A stretch of DNA of 64,000 bases from a virus, in the IMG/VR virus record IMGVR_UViG_3300021087_000009, positions 11,252 through 75,251 of that record. One strand, written 5' to 3'. The translations under genes and the position numbers were made by a program. The first letter of the stretch is position 1. Each line of letters opens with the position of its first letter. Shown here in pieces: positions 1 to 9,264 of this stretch. The notes beneath the pieces are model-generated. The model was given only the letters and a program-made list of their open reading frames with translations. It searched no databases and was not told where the DNA came from.

Positions 1-119
1 TAATGTTGGCGTTCACGTAGTTCTGTCATAAGACCATCTTTCTTTAGCTTATTCTTTAGAACACGTAATGCTTTTTCAACATTACCATTTCTTACGATTA
101 CTTCCATATTCCTCCTAGT

Positions 120-344
120 TTAATGTATTGTTTGAAATTTATCATTGTCTTCCCAATCGACTCCAAAAAACGCTTCGCATATATCTTGTATCGCAATTGG
201 GACTTCCTCTTCTTCTTTGCCTTTTGGAATATATAATCCTTTAAGGTCTCCACTTGCAGTAATAATAAGGCCCCAGTCGTCATCTTCAAGGGCAGTATCC
301 ATTGTAATATAGTCGGGTTCTTTCCACTTTGCATTTTCAGACAT
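120..344 (-). CDS. hypothetical acidic protein
   Basis: 74-aa ORF in operon orientation; no recognised motif. Confidence 0.5.
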   Translation of the reverse strand: MSENAKWKEPDYITMDTALEDDDWGLIITASGDLKGLYIPKGKEEEEVPIAIQDICEAFFGVDWEDNDKFQTIH

Positions 345-407
345 TTTTCAGCTCCTGTGCCAGTAGTCATTTTTCTTTGTATATCGTCGAACTTCATGTT
401 ATTACTT

Positions 408-1115
408 TTATTTATTATCAACTTTAAATCTTACATAATTTAATTGTGTTTCTGGTAATTTTGTAATAAAGTTATTACCGCATCTTTTAACTTTGCCTTG
501 AATTTTAAATGTTGTTCCTTCTTTTGGTACTACTTGCGTTTGATCAATATTTTTAAAAAAACTTACAAGGTTACTTTCTATATATCCGTTGAAAACATTA
601 CAACTGTATTTTTCGATAAATCTTGTTTCGTTAAGAGTAAACATACCTTGTATAGTTTCGCCTACTGTTCCAATATGTTTGCTTTCACCGAAACTAGTTT
701 TTAATTCTTTTTTAAGAGTTTTCTTTTTAGAGCCTTCAAAATATACTTTAGGAACTACAGCGACAACCCCGTAAGTATTAATGCCTACTTTCTCACTTGA
801 AATATAATGCATTACTGATTGCATAAAATCTGATAATGTATCTGCAATAACATTTAAAGCATTATCTTTTTGTAACCAGTCTATTGCCTCTTTTGCTGTT
901 TCTCTATCTGCCTTTGTAACTTTAAACAGTTTAAAGTCTTCTGGTAAAAATTGATCTGGATGTAATCTGTAATTCATTAATTCTTTATTAGCAAACTTAG
1001 TCAAGTTATCACTAAAACGTCTAGTTTCCCTGCAATAACTATCATTAATTCGATGTGCGGCAAATGATACCGCTAAAACATCAAGTATTGGTAGTTCTGT
1101 TGTAGTTGTTTTCAT
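408..1115 (-). CDS. hypothetical phage protein (possible C-terminal OB fold)
   Basis: 235 aa, GAGG RBS, upstream sigma70 promoter. Confidence 0.6.
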   Translation of the reverse strand: MKTTTTELPILDVLAVSFAAHRINDSYCRETRRFSDNLTKFANKELMNYRLHPDQFLPEDFKLFKVTKADRETAKEAIDWLQKDNALNVIADTLSDFMQSVMHYISSEKVGINTYGVVAVVPKVYFEGSKKKTLKKELKTSFGESKHIGTVGETIQGMFTLNETRFIEKYSCNVFNGYIESNLVSFFKNIDQTQVVPKEGTTFKIQGKVKRCGNNFITKLPETQLNYVRFKVDNK

Positions 1116-1145
1116 GTTTGCCTCACTATTGCCTAATTGTTATTA

Positions 1146-1180
1146 TAATAATAACATCGTTAATTCTAAATGTCAACCGA
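1146..1180 (-). promoter_or_regulatory. sigma70-type promoter TTGACA-N17-TATTAT
   Basis: Consensus hexamers, followed by the AACAATTAGGCAA leader also seen in the early region. Confidence 0.7.
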
Positions 1181-1184
1181 AAAC

Positions 1185-1751
1185 TTAAATAATTTGGTCA
1201 GCTATCTTAAGATCTATTAAGTTTTTGGCTGTAAAGTATTGATCACTTGGTGTATTCAATTTTTTACGTACTTCAGTTAATGGCATTCCTGTTGCTTCAC
1301 GTAACATATTTAAACACCTTAATTCACAGTTATTATTCTCTTTCATTTGAGCTTTCATATCATGCATTTTGGCATCAAGGGCATCTGAATGTTGATGGTT
1401 CATAATACCAGTATTCTTACCAATATATCTTTCTCCATGTTCGCCCATAGCAAATATTAAAAAGCCTGCACTCATTATAGCACCAATTCCAACAGTACCA
1501 ATTGGATGATAACTGTTACGCATAGTATCAATAAGAGCAAACGCTTCATACAAATCTCCACCAGTTGAGTTTATGTAAAGTTTTAATTTACGTTTTGGCT
1601 TCTTCTGTAAATTTGATGACAAAATCCATTTAATAGCTGGTGCCACAGTTTCTTCGTTAATTTCACCACATAAGTAATGAATATCATTATCGTATAGATT
1701 TGCGTCTATTCTATCCTGTACTGTATATTGTTCGTATTTTTTTGTAGCCAT
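1185..1751 (-). CDS. clpP: ClpP-like protease subunit
   Basis: LYINSTGG, IMSAG (Ser), MNHQ (His), DQYFTA (Asp) motifs; probable start MATKK at 1751. Confidence 0.85.
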   Translation of the reverse strand: MATKKYEQYTVQDRIDANLYDNDIHYLCGEINEETVAPAIKWILSSNLQKKPKRKLKLYINSTGGDLYEAFALIDTMRNSYHPIGTVGIGAIMSAGFLIFAMGEHGERYIGKNTGIMNHQHSDALDAKMHDMKAQMKENNNCELRCLNMLREATGMPLTEVRKKLNTPSDQYFTAKNLIDLKIADQII

Positions 1752-1771
1752 GTTACGTGTATTTAGTGGTT

Positions 1772-2248
1772 TTATTGATCCCATGTCCAGCGACGCTTTC
1801 CTAGTTTATTTTCCTCGGCCCAGCGTATAAAAAGTCCTAATTCTCGACCATGAGCTTCAATTTCCCACGGTTGATCATAGTAATCCATGCTATTTCGGTG
1901 ATAATCAGCACCTAACCAAGAAACTTTCTCAGCTATCATTAGATCCCGCATTTCACCTCTAGCAAATTGCTTGACATGTACCATTTCATGGGCTACACTT
2001 TCTAAAATTCTACGTAATCTTACACTAGTATCAATTTCTATAGTAAAATCACGAGGCTTGTAACTATCATCTTCCCATATAACAGTACCTAAATTATTTT
2101 GTTCTGTATGTAAGGTATTTCGAAGAATAATCTTTACACTAATGTTGTCTGCTAGATTTTTGTGCATTAATTTTCCAGCACAAAAATAAGCCAGTGATTT
2201 ACTGTATTTTTTTTGGTTTTTGGTGCCGCCGCTAACAGTAACTTTCAT
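1772..2248 (-). CDS. Zn metallopeptidase-like phage protein
   Basis: AHEMVH (HExxH) and PWEIEA motifs. Confidence 0.7.
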   Translation of the reverse strand: MKVTVSGGTKNQKKYSKSLAYFCAGKLMHKNLADNISVKIILRNTLHTEQNNLGTVIWEDDSYKPRDFTIEIDTSVRLRRILESVAHEMVHVKQFARGEMRDLMIAEKVSWLGADYHRNSMDYYDQPWEIEAHGRELGLFIRWAEENKLGKRRWTWDQ

Positions 2249-2380
2249 AATTAGACCTCGTATATGTTATTGTATTATTATAACATCTTTAAGTCACATG
2301 TCAATGGCTTTTAGTTTCAAATAAATCTAATAAAATCAACAGTTTAATAGTGCGGTTTACCAAAAACAGATAAGTACAGT

Positions 2381-2794
2381 ATGAGGGACGTTTACCAAGC
2401 GGCATTTTACCGTGTAATAAAAGAAACTCAGGAGTATAATGGTGTATGCTTACCAGAAGAAATTGAAGCATATATTGTTATGCTTTTGGCACATCATGTT
2501 GACCATGTCGATTTTTTACCTAAAAAATCCTTTGCCGAATCTTACCTCACAATAAAATCTAGTCGCACCGCTAAAGAACTAGGTGATACGTGCCTTTTTG
2601 TTACAGGGGTATTTCCCGAATTTGGTAATACTGAATATTATATAGAAATTGGTAGATCTAGTTATAGTCAAATGACAACGGGCTTGAATAATGAATTGTT
2701 TGGTTCGTTAAGCACTCATTTTGTATTTTTAAAAGACTTTATTGGATTATCAACAACAAAGCCTGAACTTCCTAAAAGTCATCTTTTTTCGTAG
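2381..2794 (+). CDS. conserved hypothetical protein
   Basis: 137 aa, GDTCLFVTGVFPE motif; TAAGTA element just upstream. Confidence 0.6.
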   Translation: MRDVYQAAFYRVIKETQEYNGVCLPEEIEAYIVMLLAHHVDHVDFLPKKSFAESYLTIKSSRTAKELGDTCLFVTGVFPEFGNTEYYIEIGRSSYSQMTTGLNNELFGSLSTHFVFLKDFIGLSTTKPELPKSHLFS

Positions 2795-2970
2795 GGTTGT
2801 TTATCCTCAGCAACTTGTCTACACATTGACTGAATGTCTGCAATTAAAATATCAATTTCCTGATCCCTTTCAGGCGTCTTTGGGTTATCATATTTTAACT
2901 TGCGGCATTGCTCACTTTTCTTATGTATTACGTTGATTAGATCACATACTTCACTAATTTTATGTAACAT
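2779..2970 (-). CDS. hypothetical protein
   Basis: AGGAG RBS, upstream TTGACA promoter. Confidence 0.55.
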   Translation of the reverse strand: MLHKISEVCDLINVIHKKSEQCRKLKYDNPKTPERDQEIDILIADIQSMCRQVAEDKQPYEKR

Positions 2971-3075
2971 ACTTACTCCTAGATAAATTTATCTATTTTT
3001 TAACAATAGTTTACTATCATACTTAGTATATGTCAAGAACTTTATTCGGTTAAATAGAGTGACGGAGAACATAAG

Positions 3076-3432
3076 TTGGAAATATTTCTTTTATTAATGA
3101 TTAAACATGCCATAGTTGATTTGGGTATGCAACCTTTTGGTATAGGAAATATCAAACTTCGTTATTTTGGATGGAAAGCACACCAACAACATTATATACC
3201 GCATGGTGTTTTAACTATGCTTATACTTGCGTTATATGGGCCCTTAGAGCTCGCTGTAGCACTTGGCTTTCTTGATTACATACTACATTGGCATACAGAT
3301 TATTCTAAGAGCCATATACGAGAATATTTTGGTTGGGTAGCTAGTGACCGTAAGTATTGGTTATTAAATATGGTTGACCAAATGTTTCATTATTTAGGAT
3401 ATTATATTATTGTTATTCTTGCAGGTATTTAA
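3076..3432 (+). CDS. DUF3307-like membrane protein
   Basis: KH..D, HWHTDYSK and DQMFH motifs; hydrophobic helices; GGAG RBS. Confidence 0.65.
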   Translation: MEIFLLLMIKHAIVDLGMQPFGIGNIKLRYFGWKAHQQHYIPHGVLTMLILALYGPLELAVALGFLDYILHWHTDYSKSHIREYFGWVASDRKYWLLNMVDQMFHYLGYYIIVILAGI

Positions 3433-4514
3433 TGATTGATTATAAATTTTTTGAAATTAATAAATCTGGATTTGAAAATGTATTTGGATATGTAAATTGC
3501 AACCTTCTCTCAGGAATACTCCCACAAGAAAAATTTCTTAAGACTACTAAAGAAGCAAAGAAATATAACGGCACCCTTTTTATAATAGATTGTAATATAG
3601 AAAATTCTATTTTACCAGAAAGAGTTATAAATTATAGAAAAAATAAAAAACTTGCAACAAAGGTTATTGTAGACATATCATATGAAAATGGTATAGAAGA
3701 AAAGAAATATTTTAAAAAAGTAGCTGACATAAAACAACATGGTATAAAGTCTGAAGATATTTTAACTGTGATGAATAAAAGCGGAATGCGAGATTTTGAA
3801 AGTATAATTTTTATTGATTTCTTTGCAATTTCGGCAGTAATAAGACATCTTACATTCCTTACCCCTGTAAGTAACAAACTATTATCAGAAAGAACTAATA
3901 GATGCAATCTTCTTTTAGGAAAAGTTAATAAGCCTTCAAGACGTAAAATAGTAGAAGCGTTCTTTAAGAGTAAGTTAAAAGATACGACATTGTATAGTTT
4001 TCTTGGAACATTTGAAACTGATAATCCGCAGTTAAGAAAGTTTGTTAAAAAGAATCAAGGTCCTATAGACAATGTAAAAACATTTGATTTAAAATCAGGA
4101 ATATCAAGTCAAGGTTGGAGTAACTCTACTAAGGCATATGACGAGTCGACTGTAAGTTTTATTTGTGAAACACACGAAACTGATAACTCTGTATTCTTTA
4201 CAGAAAAAATATACAGACCAATTCTAAATAAATCACCATTTGTTATAAGAGCATCTTTTCCTGCATTAGCACATCTTCGTGCAAACGGCTTTAAAACGTT
4301 TGATGACTTTATAGATGAAGGGTACGATTCAAATTGGGATATTACAGATGAATATTCAAATATGCTTGTATCAACAGCAGAAAAGTTATTAAGTAAAGTG
4401 CCAAAGCATTATAATAAAATGCAAGAGATAGTTGATTATAATTATGAAGTACTTGTTAAGTTTGCTTTTAGTGAATTAAAACGATTAGAGAAACGTTTAG
4501 AAAAGTTAGTTTAA
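3432..4514 (+). CDS. glycosyltransferase-like phage protein
   Basis: ET...FFTEKIYRPI...PFVI...GFKTF motif common in large marine phage GT-like ORFs. Confidence 0.5.
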   Translation: MIDYKFFEINKSGFENVFGYVNCNLLSGILPQEKFLKTTKEAKKYNGTLFIIDCNIENSILPERVINYRKNKKLATKVIVDISYENGIEEKKYFKKVADIKQHGIKSEDILTVMNKSGMRDFESIIFIDFFAISAVIRHLTFLTPVSNKLLSERTNRCNLLLGKVNKPSRRKIVEAFFKSKLKDTTLYSFLGTFETDNPQLRKFVKKNQGPIDNVKTFDLKSGISSQGWSNSTKAYDESTVSFICETHETDNSVFFTEKIYRPILNKSPFVIRASFPALAHLRANGFKTFDDFIDEGYDSNWDITDEYSNMLVSTAEKLLSKVPKHYNKMQEIVDYNYEVLVKFAFSELKRLEKRLEKLV

Positions 4515-4521
4515 ATATTTG

Positions 4522-5709
4522 CTAGGCAACGCCAATTTGTGGAGATTTAGTTGATTGTTTATCTTTAAAGTCAATACCGCCTGATATAACTAATCCGTTT
4601 TTTTGAGCTGTTTTTATATCTTCGGGATTGTTCATTACAAGGAATGTGCCAGTTAGTGGATTAATAACTAAGATACAATCTAACATCTCTGCTTTGTAAA
4701 GTAAAAATAATAGTTTAGTATATGCATGTTGAAATGCTTCGAATAAGAAATGCCCTTTTTTACTAACAGCACTTGCCATACCTACTTTAATTTCTTTTAC
4801 GTATTCTTTATTGCTCATATAGTTTTCCATCGGAAGATTAACAGCATCAATTAGAAACTGAATAGCTTTTGTTCTATTCCATTTTGATGTTTCTTTTTTG
4901 CCTTTGGCTTCTACCTTTGGCTCTATTAACTGATCGACAAAACTATTAAGAATACCAAACCCTTTAGTAGTAAAATTAATCTGACCTTCCGGCATTTGGT
5001 GTTGTACCTTTGGCCCGAAGTACTTTCTCAACACTTCTGTATAAGCGTTAGTCATATCGCCTTTTTTTGCCAGTTCAATATTTAATCTTGCACCACTGTT
5101 TGCTTTTTTACTAGCTTTAACTTCTACCTGTTTTTTTGCTCCTGTTTCAATGTCGCCTTTTTTACCTTTTTTAACAGGATCGGCTAACATAAGTAATCCT
5201 AATTCTCCAGGACCCCATGCACCAGCGCCTGACTTATCAATTGTTTTAACTAGCAGGTTATCAAATTTTTCATAAATGTCTATGTATTGTTTTCCCTTTT
5301 CTGATGAAGTAAACTCTGCCGTAACAGTACCTTTTGGTTTGCTAATCATATTATCAAAGTTAATAAATGGATCTGTTATACATAGACTTAAGAATTCATC
5401 AATACGCTTTAATTCTTTTTCTGCGTCTTTAACCTGTATTTCACGTCCTGCTTTTTCCATAAGTCCATTAACCATATCAGCTATAGAGTCTCTAACTAAC
5501 ACACCTGTCTTAGATAATATAGCTCGTTTTTTTGCCATTTCATTATAATAATCCATTGCTTCTGTATCGTCGTTGTCAGGTTTAGGAACTATAGGAGCAA
5601 ATCCAGGTCCGCCTTTGGTAATCTTATTTGCTAAAGCCGTATATTTTCCTTCGATTCCTAATTTAATTTTATTAAGTTCTTCATGTGTTATTTGTCCACC
5701 ATCCCCCAT
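4522..5709 (-). CDS. hypothetical protein with PD-(D/E)xK-like motif
   Basis: GPGE...GDI...VEVKAS. Confidence 0.5.
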   Translation of the reverse strand: MGDGGQITHEELNKIKLGIEGKYTALANKITKGGPGFAPIVPKPDNDDTEAMDYYNEMAKKRAILSKTGVLVRDSIADMVNGLMEKAGREIQVKDAEKELKRIDEFLSLCITDPFINFDNMISKPKGTVTAEFTSSEKGKQYIDIYEKFDNLLVKTIDKSGAGAWGPGELGLLMLADPVKKGKKGDIETGAKKQVEVKASKKANSGARLNIELAKKGDMTNAYTEVLRKYFGPKVQHQMPEGQINFTTKGFGILNSFVDQLIEPKVEAKGKKETSKWNRTKAIQFLIDAVNLPMENYMSNKEYVKEIKVGMASAVSKKGHFLFEAFQHAYTKLLFLLYKAEMLDCILVINPLTGTFLVMNNPEDIKTAQKNGLVISGGIDFKDKQSTKSPQIGVA

Positions 5710-6074
5710 ATAAAGGCCACCATTTTACTGAATGCCTTCAATACTTTTGGGTCTTTTGAAAGATCAAAACCGGCTTCTTTTGCTGTGGCTAATAGGTACT
5801 CAACATTCTGTGCTTTTTCATTAATAGCACTTTCTATCCCTTCCTGTGTCGCTAGATCTACAGGGCGGTCAGTTATTTTTTCTATTTTTCGTTTAAGCCA
5901 TTCTGCAACTGTATCAAGTCCGTTTGCAATGGCTTGTTGAGTTTTAAGCGGAGCCTTGCTGGCTTTGTCTTGAATAATATCTATGTATTCTTCAGCATTT
6001 TGAGGTGCTGGCGTTGGAGACGTTGGCTCCGATATTTCAGTAGTTAAAGTCTGTTTAAATTCATAAAATCGCAT
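5688..6074 (-). CDS. putative head-associated protein (MRFYEFK N-terminus)
   Basis: Late-type TAAATA upstream; shared N-terminal motif. Confidence 0.5.
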   Translation of the reverse strand: MRFYEFKQTLTTEISEPTSPTPAPQNAEEYIDIIQDKASKAPLKTQQAIANGLDTVAEWLKRKIEKITDRPVDLATQEGIESAINEKAQNVEYLLATAKEAGFDLSKDPKVLKAFSKMVAFIWGMVDK

Positions 6075-6085
6075 AGTACTATTAT

Positions 6086-6781
6086 TTATACTATTTTAGG
6101 GAACAGCATATCTGTACAAAACTTTTGTACGTCAGCTTCGTTAAGTCCTAAACTAGTCATTACCCGTGGTGTATGTGGATTTTGTTGCTGATTATGACAA
6201 TAATAATTTTGTGATGCTATTGTAAGCTCACGATCGCCTTGACCTGTATATTCACCTATACTTTCAAAGTAAACTTTTAGGTTATTTACTGCTAGATCTA
6301 TTATAGCTGTAGCTTCTTCATCTGTTTTAACATTACCGGCGGCAATAAAACTATCTGTAAAAATGTTTGTTGCCCATTCAGGTAATTCACGTTTTTTGCT
6401 TGGAATAAAGTCTTTAACTTCGTGTCCGAACCATTCAACTAGCGGATGAGTTTCTCCACCAGATGAAGCTGAAAAATCATGAAAAGCACCAGTCATTTTG
6501 TTCTGACCTGATATAACATCAAATCCGTATATAGGACCATCGTTTTGTAACATAGGAAAACAACATACATGCATCATCCAAAGACCTTTTGACTCACGTG
6601 CATCTACTACATCAATATGGGCTCTACGTACATTATCATTAGCCCAGACTCTATTAATCCAACCTCCATCAGGTTGATTAAAATGATCCATGCCTGGCTC
6701 ATATACTTCTTTGCACTCGCTGTCAAAAATATTAATAATATCTTCTTGGCTTTGTATTAACTTTTCCCACAATACACTCAT
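6086..6781 (-). CDS. pcyX: ferredoxin-dependent bilin reductase, PcyX type
   Basis: RRAHIDVVD, GLWMMH, PIYGFD, GAFHDFS, RELPEWA and QQQNPHTPRVM motifs typical of PcyX/PcyA. Confidence 0.88.
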   Translation of the reverse strand: MSVLWEKLIQSQEDIINIFDSECKEVYEPGMDHFNQPDGGWINRVWANDNVRRAHIDVVDARESKGLWMMHVCCFPMLQNDGPIYGFDVISGQNKMTGAFHDFSASSGGETHPLVEWFGHEVKDFIPSKKRELPEWATNIFTDSFIAAGNVKTDEEATAIIDLAVNNLKVYFESIGEYTGQGDRELTIASQNYYCHNQQQNPHTPRVMTSLGLNEADVQKFCTDMLFPKIV

Positions 6782-6888
6782 GTTATAAAATATCCTCTTA
6801 TTACTTCATCCATATAAAAATATAGATGTGTTGTTATACTAACCATTATTAGTAAAATTACTATTGTTAAAACGTGCCACTTCTTCAT
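6778..6888 (-). CDS. 36-aa membrane peptide MKKWHVLTIVILLIMVSITTHLYFYMDEVIRGYFIT
   Basis: AAGGAG RBS; ATGA overlap with pcyX; absent from the ORF track. Confidence 0.6.
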   Translation of the reverse strand: MKKWHVLTIVILLIMVSITTHLYFYMDEVIRGYFIT

Positions 6889-6897
6889 ATCTGCTCC

Positions 6898-8397
6898 TTA
6901 TCTATTACTCCATTCACGATTAGTTAGTCCAGGCGACGATGCTTTGAACTCATCGTTTTTTATGTCACGGATACATTCTTTAGCTTTAGCCGAGTCTAAT
7001 GTTACCGTTGCCGGCATTATTCCACTACCATAAGTCCATAACTTCCAATTGTATTCATGATACATACCACCATCTCTAGGATAGTATTGTTCAAAGTGTG
7101 TATGGGTAGGCATATTTTTAAATCCAGAAACTGCTTGAAATAACGTGTCTGTACAATCAAATTCGTTTTTAACCTTATCCCAGAATGGACCAGACCGTTG
7201 GTTATTAAAATAATGTAAGCCTATAAAATCAAAAGTATTCTCATATAAGAAACTAAGACGTTTATTAAATGAATCTCTGTCTTCTTTAGTATAAAAGCCT
7301 TGAGATATCTGATCAATACATTCTATACTTGCAGTCATTAAAGCTAATCCAGATGACTCTAACGGTTCAACAAACCCACTTGATAGTCCAACACTAACAC
7401 AATTACCTCTCCAGTTGTTAGCATTGTACTCAGGGTCGTAATTTATATGATTAAATTCACCTGTTCTTAATCTATCTTCTCCCCAATAGTCTATAAAGAA
7501 TTTTTCTGCTTCTTCTTTTGTTGTAACATTCCTATTATAACACAATCCACTGCCTATTCTTTCTTTAATAGGAGTTTTCCATATCCAGCCTAAGTCACAA
7601 GCTTCAGCATCTACGTATGGATGTTGTGGTTCGTCGTCTGACTTATAATTAATTTGACTTGCAACCGCGGCATTTGTAAATACTTGCGTATCGTAATTTT
7701 TCCAATCACTTCCTTCTAATGTATTTGATAGTACTTTTCTAAATCCAGTACAATCAATAAAAAAATCAGCTTTAATAAGACTGCCATCATCTAATACTAA
7801 ATGATTAATATTTCCGTCTTTAGTTTCAACATCAGTAATGTTTTGTTTAATATGCTTTAATTTAGGGTATGTTTTATTACAATATTTACTTAGGAAGTTT
7901 GCTAATTTTACTGCATCTAAGTTATAACCTACACCAAGGTCTTTACCAGATGCTGTAGTTGTACTAGGTATTTTTTGTTGATCAATACACATTTCGTACC
8001 AAGTAGAACATTCACGATAAAACTCTGTGACAGGAACTCCACCTTCAATAGCAAGATCAATTAAATCATAATGATGTTCGTTGGGTTTTGTCAGAGGGAC
8101 TAAAAAAGGTGACCAAATATCAAGACTGTTTCCGTACCAGTTAGTAAATTTTGTACCTAATTTAACTGTAGCATCACATTCTTTAGACCATGTGTCTACA
8201 GGTATATTACATGCATTGTTTAAGAAGAGATCAAATCCTAATAGTGTTGCTTCGCCTACACCAATAATTGGAACATTAGGACTTTCAACTACTGTAATAT
8301 CGAAGTCTGGACATGCGAATAGAGTTCTTGCGGCAGTTAACCATCCTGATGATCCTCCACCTGCAATACATATTGATTTAACTTTTTGTTCTAACAT
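6898..8397 (-). CDS. tryptophan halogenase-family flavoprotein
   Basis: GGGSSG FAD motif, IGVGEAT, FIDCTGF, GWIWKTP (WxWxIP-like), FVEPLESSG; probable start MLEQ at 8397. Confidence 0.85.
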   Translation of the reverse strand: MLEQKVKSICIAGGGSSGWLTAARTLFACPDFDITVVESPNVPIIGVGEATLLGFDLFLNNACNIPVDTWSKECDATVKLGTKFTNWYGNSLDIWSPFLVPLTKPNEHHYDLIDLAIEGGVPVTEFYRECSTWYEMCIDQQKIPSTTTASGKDLGVGYNLDAVKLANFLSKYCNKTYPKLKHIKQNITDVETKDGNINHLVLDDGSLIKADFFIDCTGFRKVLSNTLEGSDWKNYDTQVFTNAAVASQINYKSDDEPQHPYVDAEACDLGWIWKTPIKERIGSGLCYNRNVTTKEEAEKFFIDYWGEDRLRTGEFNHINYDPEYNANNWRGNCVSVGLSSGFVEPLESSGLALMTASIECIDQISQGFYTKEDRDSFNKRLSFLYENTFDFIGLHYFNNQRSGPFWDKVKNEFDCTDTLFQAVSGFKNMPTHTHFEQYYPRDGGMYHEYNWKLWTYGSGIMPATVTLDSAKAKECIRDIKNDEFKASSPGLTNREWSNR

Positions 8398-8923
8398 ATG
8401 AGAGCATTTCTTTAAAAGTTTGAGCGGCAAATCCAAAACAAATTTTCGATTCTTCGGCCATATCATCTGTTAGCCGTTCACGTATTTTTGCTTTTAATGT
8501 ATCAGGATCTTTAAATTTATATAATCTACCTTCTCCAGGTATAAATCCTGATATCATCCGCCCTCCACTTAAATCACCCATATGACGTGTATAGATATGT
8601 GCAAACAATTTTGTTTCATCGTCGGCAATGTTTGTAATATGATCTGTATACCGTTTAGTGACATCTAATAATGGTGCCGCTTCTTGATGTGTCCAAAGCT
8701 CTTTAAAATCTTCGTGGATTGCATGAGCTCTTCGAATGTCTGGTAAATCGTTTAATAAGCCCTTGGCCATTGCAAATGATTCAAGAACATTATACATAGG
8801 ATGTTGATTAGCTAAAAATATCGCATACGTATCATCATGAATTTTACCCGACATTAAAACTTCTACAAATTCTTGCCGTTCTGCATTTTGGTGTACTTCT
8901 TTCGTTAAATCACGTAAACTCAT
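8378..8923 (-). CDS. hemO: heme oxygenase (HemO/Ho1)
   Basis: LTKEVHQNAE (proximal His) and AHIYTRHMGDLSGG signature. Confidence 0.9.
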   Translation of the reverse strand: MSLRDLTKEVHQNAERQEFVEVLMSGKIHDDTYAIFLANQHPMYNVLESFAMAKGLLNDLPDIRRAHAIHEDFKELWTHQEAAPLLDVTKRYTDHITNIADDETKLFAHIYTRHMGDLSGGRMISGFIPGEGRLYKFKDPDTLKAKIRERLTDDMAEESKICFGFAAQTFKEMLSYVRTKS

Positions 8924-9231
8924 TCCTTCTCCACTTTAATTTGTAAGGGGAAGCCGTGCGAGCGACTCAAATTAGTTGCTTCAACACCTTTTTGTTCTGC
9001 AATCTCGAATGTGTATAATCCAACTACTGCCGAACCTTCCTCATGTATTTTTACAGTTATATCTCTGGCCGTAGTATCTGAATGTTTAAAAATTGTTACG
9101 AGTACATCTATAACAAATTCCATAGGTGTGGCATTATCGTTAAGGAAAATTACTTTATAGAGTGTAGGCTCATCAATTTTCTGTGTAATTTTTTCATCAA
9201 TTGCTACGTCGTCCATAACATTACTTATCAT
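8920..9231 (-). CDS. clpS: Clp protease adaptor ClpS
   Basis: YKVIFLNDNATPMEFV, IHEEGSA, EIAEQK, FPL. Confidence 0.92.
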   Translation of the reverse strand: MISNVMDDVAIDEKITQKIDEPTLYKVIFLNDNATPMEFVIDVLVTIFKHSDTTARDITVKIHEEGSAVVGLYTFEIAEQKGVEATNLSRSHGFPLQIKVEKE

Positions 9232-9264
9232 CGGTAATCTCCTTAAGGTGTTTTAGTGACGGTC

